From assembly GCA_030390025.1 (NCBI GenBank), contig CM059433.1, forward strand, positions 18,602,001 through 18,666,000: DNA of 64,000 nucleotides, read 5' to 3'. The translations under genes and the position numbers were made by a program. Shown here in pieces: positions 62,160 to 64,000 of this stretch. The notes beneath the pieces are model-generated. The model saw only the letters and a program-made list of their open reading frames with translations, did not search any database and was not told where the DNA came from. Each line of letters begins with the position of its first letter. The first letter of the stretch is position 1. This DNA comes from Squalus acanthias. Its lineage: Eukaryota.

Positions 62160-62655
62160 AAATGAGGAAAGATATAGTTGCATTGGAGGCAAATCAGAGA
62201 AGGTTCACGAGGTTGATTCCGGAGATGAAGGGGTTGTCTTATGAAGAAAGGTTGAGCAGGTTGGGCCTGTACTCATTGGAGTTTAGAAGAATGAGAGGGG
62301 ATCTTATTGAAACATGTAAGATTCTGAAGGGGCTTGACAGAGTAGATGCAGAGAGGATGTTTCCCCTTGTGGGGGAATCTAGAACTAGGGGGCACAGTTT
62401 CAGAATAAGGGGGCACCCATTTAAAACGGAAATGAGGAGGAATTTAGTCTCTCAGAGGGTCGTGAATCTTTGGAATTCTCTTCCCCAGAGAGCTGTGGAG
62501 GCTGGGTCATTGAATATATTTAAGGTGGAGATAGAAAGATTTTTGAATGGTAAGGGAGTCAAGGGTTATGGGGAGCGGGCAGGGAAGTGGAGTTGAGGCC
62601 AAGCAGGCTCGAGGGGCCAAATGACCTCCTCCTGCTCCTACGTCTTATGTTCTTT
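62160..62655 (+). mobile_element. CR1 3' part
   Basis: RKDIVALEANQRRFTRLIPEMKGLSYEERL...LWNSLPQRAVEA. Confidence 0.88.
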
Positions 62656-62959
62656 ATGTTATGTAATCTCCCGCTCTGTTGGGATCAGCGCTGGAGGGCA
62701 TCTCCGGGCACAATCCCATAACCACCAGGATTTTTGGAGTCAGGATGTCTGCCAATTTTCTTTAACCTTGCAGTGTAATCAGTATTTGTGAAACTGCAAT
62801 GAAGGTGAATTCATTCCTAAAGGTGTTTTACTTCTCTCTCTTCCTTTGTATTACTATTAAAGGGAGTCGGAGCACAGCAGTACCTGAGTGGCACTAATAT
62901 TTCCTGCCTCAGGTGGCTTTTTATTGATTTAGGGAGTAGTCTGAAGCACTGATTTCAAT

Positions 62960-63205
62960 TCCTTTTATATAGCATCTTTCATGTCCTCAGGTCATATCAA
63001 AGTGCTTTAAGGCCAATTAATTACTTTTGAATGCTAATCACTCTTGTTTTTTTTGGTGCCTCGGTTTAACGTCTCATCCAAAAGACGGCAGCTCCGACAG
63101 TACAGCACTCCCTCAGCACTGCACTGAAGTGTCAACCTACATTATATGCTCAAGTCTCTGGAGAAGGGCTTGAACCCATGGCCTTTAGACTCGGAGGCAC
63201 TGGGC
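62960..63205 (-). mobile_element. Deu-SINE fragment with an internal deletion
   Basis: gcctcggtttaacgtctcatcc...tcaagtctctggag..ggcttgaaccc is the reverse complement of the SINE head. Confidence 0.7.
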
Positions 63206-64000
63206 CAAACTAAGACTTAAATGTAGGGAGCTCTCCTGGAATGCAGACAGGCTGCCTTCATTAATAAAGTCATTCGAGCATCTCCAGGCGCATGTAAAGA
63301 TCCAAAATGGCACGTCCCCATAGGAGGGAGAATGAAAAGAGGCTATTAGGTCTATCGAGCCTGTTTTCTCCATGGGCCGTGTGCGATGGAGTCTATGCTG
63401 GACTCTACTATTTAATATCCTGAGGTAGGTTTACCCCGGTCCACAAAAGTAAATTCAGTAAAACTTCAGAATATTTATCTAACCTCTCAAACTTGATCTC
63501 TTGGCTTCCTTGGCATGACATCTCGATGTGATTCACTAAATTGAAACTAGGAGATTTAGATCTGCATTTTACTCAATGCAGTGTTGGGCAATGTTGTGGT
63601 GCTAAAAGTAAGTAAAATGGGCCTAGGAGGCCTCCCACCGAATCTCTGCCCCTTAATCAGGCCCCTCAAATTCCCCCCCCCCCCCCCCCACTACTTCCAG
63701 CAGGGATCTCGGCTGCCCATACTTTAACTGCCCCACTACATTTAAATGACAGTGAGGGGAAGGGGGTGCTTGAGAAACTGGCTGGTTTCAATGGCATTCT
63801 ACCATAGTACCACTGACCCACTTTAAGACTAGAACAGGGGTGGCAATGCTGAGTCTGCAGTGGTGGGGTGGACACCAAATCCAACGCATGAGGGATGGGA
63901 CCTAGTCCTGACCACCTCTCACTCTCCCTCTCCTATGCCCTCCTAGCACCTGGGTCTCTGCTTCCTTTAACTGTAGCTCCTGATTCTTTCAGCAGCAGCA

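Overview
Eukaryotic genomic DNA, most likely from a cartilaginous fish (shark/ray), judged from HE1-type and SacSINE1/Deu-type SINEs and dense CR1 LINEs. The whole window lies inside one + strand gene, myomesin-2 (M-protein, MYOM2). I traced 22 consecutive internal coding exons (1421-60069; 2702 nt, about 900 codons). All have AG/GT boundaries and compatible phases, with no stops. They cover FN3 domains My4-My8 and Ig domains My9-My12; both gene ends lie outside the window. Introns are packed with CR1, L2, RTE and other LINE fragments, tRNA-derived SINEs and many short-TIR (Harbinger-like) MITEs. Three observations stand out. (1) A ~155-nt piece of EIF4G2 (DAP5) coding sequence is fused in frame into a CR1 reverse-transcriptase remnant. 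(2) Two long palindromic insertions with target-site duplications each carry a minimal hammerhead ribozyme on both strands (Penelope-like pLTR derivatives), and a second hammerhead family is also present. (3) A MITE has captured a 153-bp inverted copy of a neighbouring LINE. Repeat boundaries are approximate, and family names come from recalled sequences rather than database searches.
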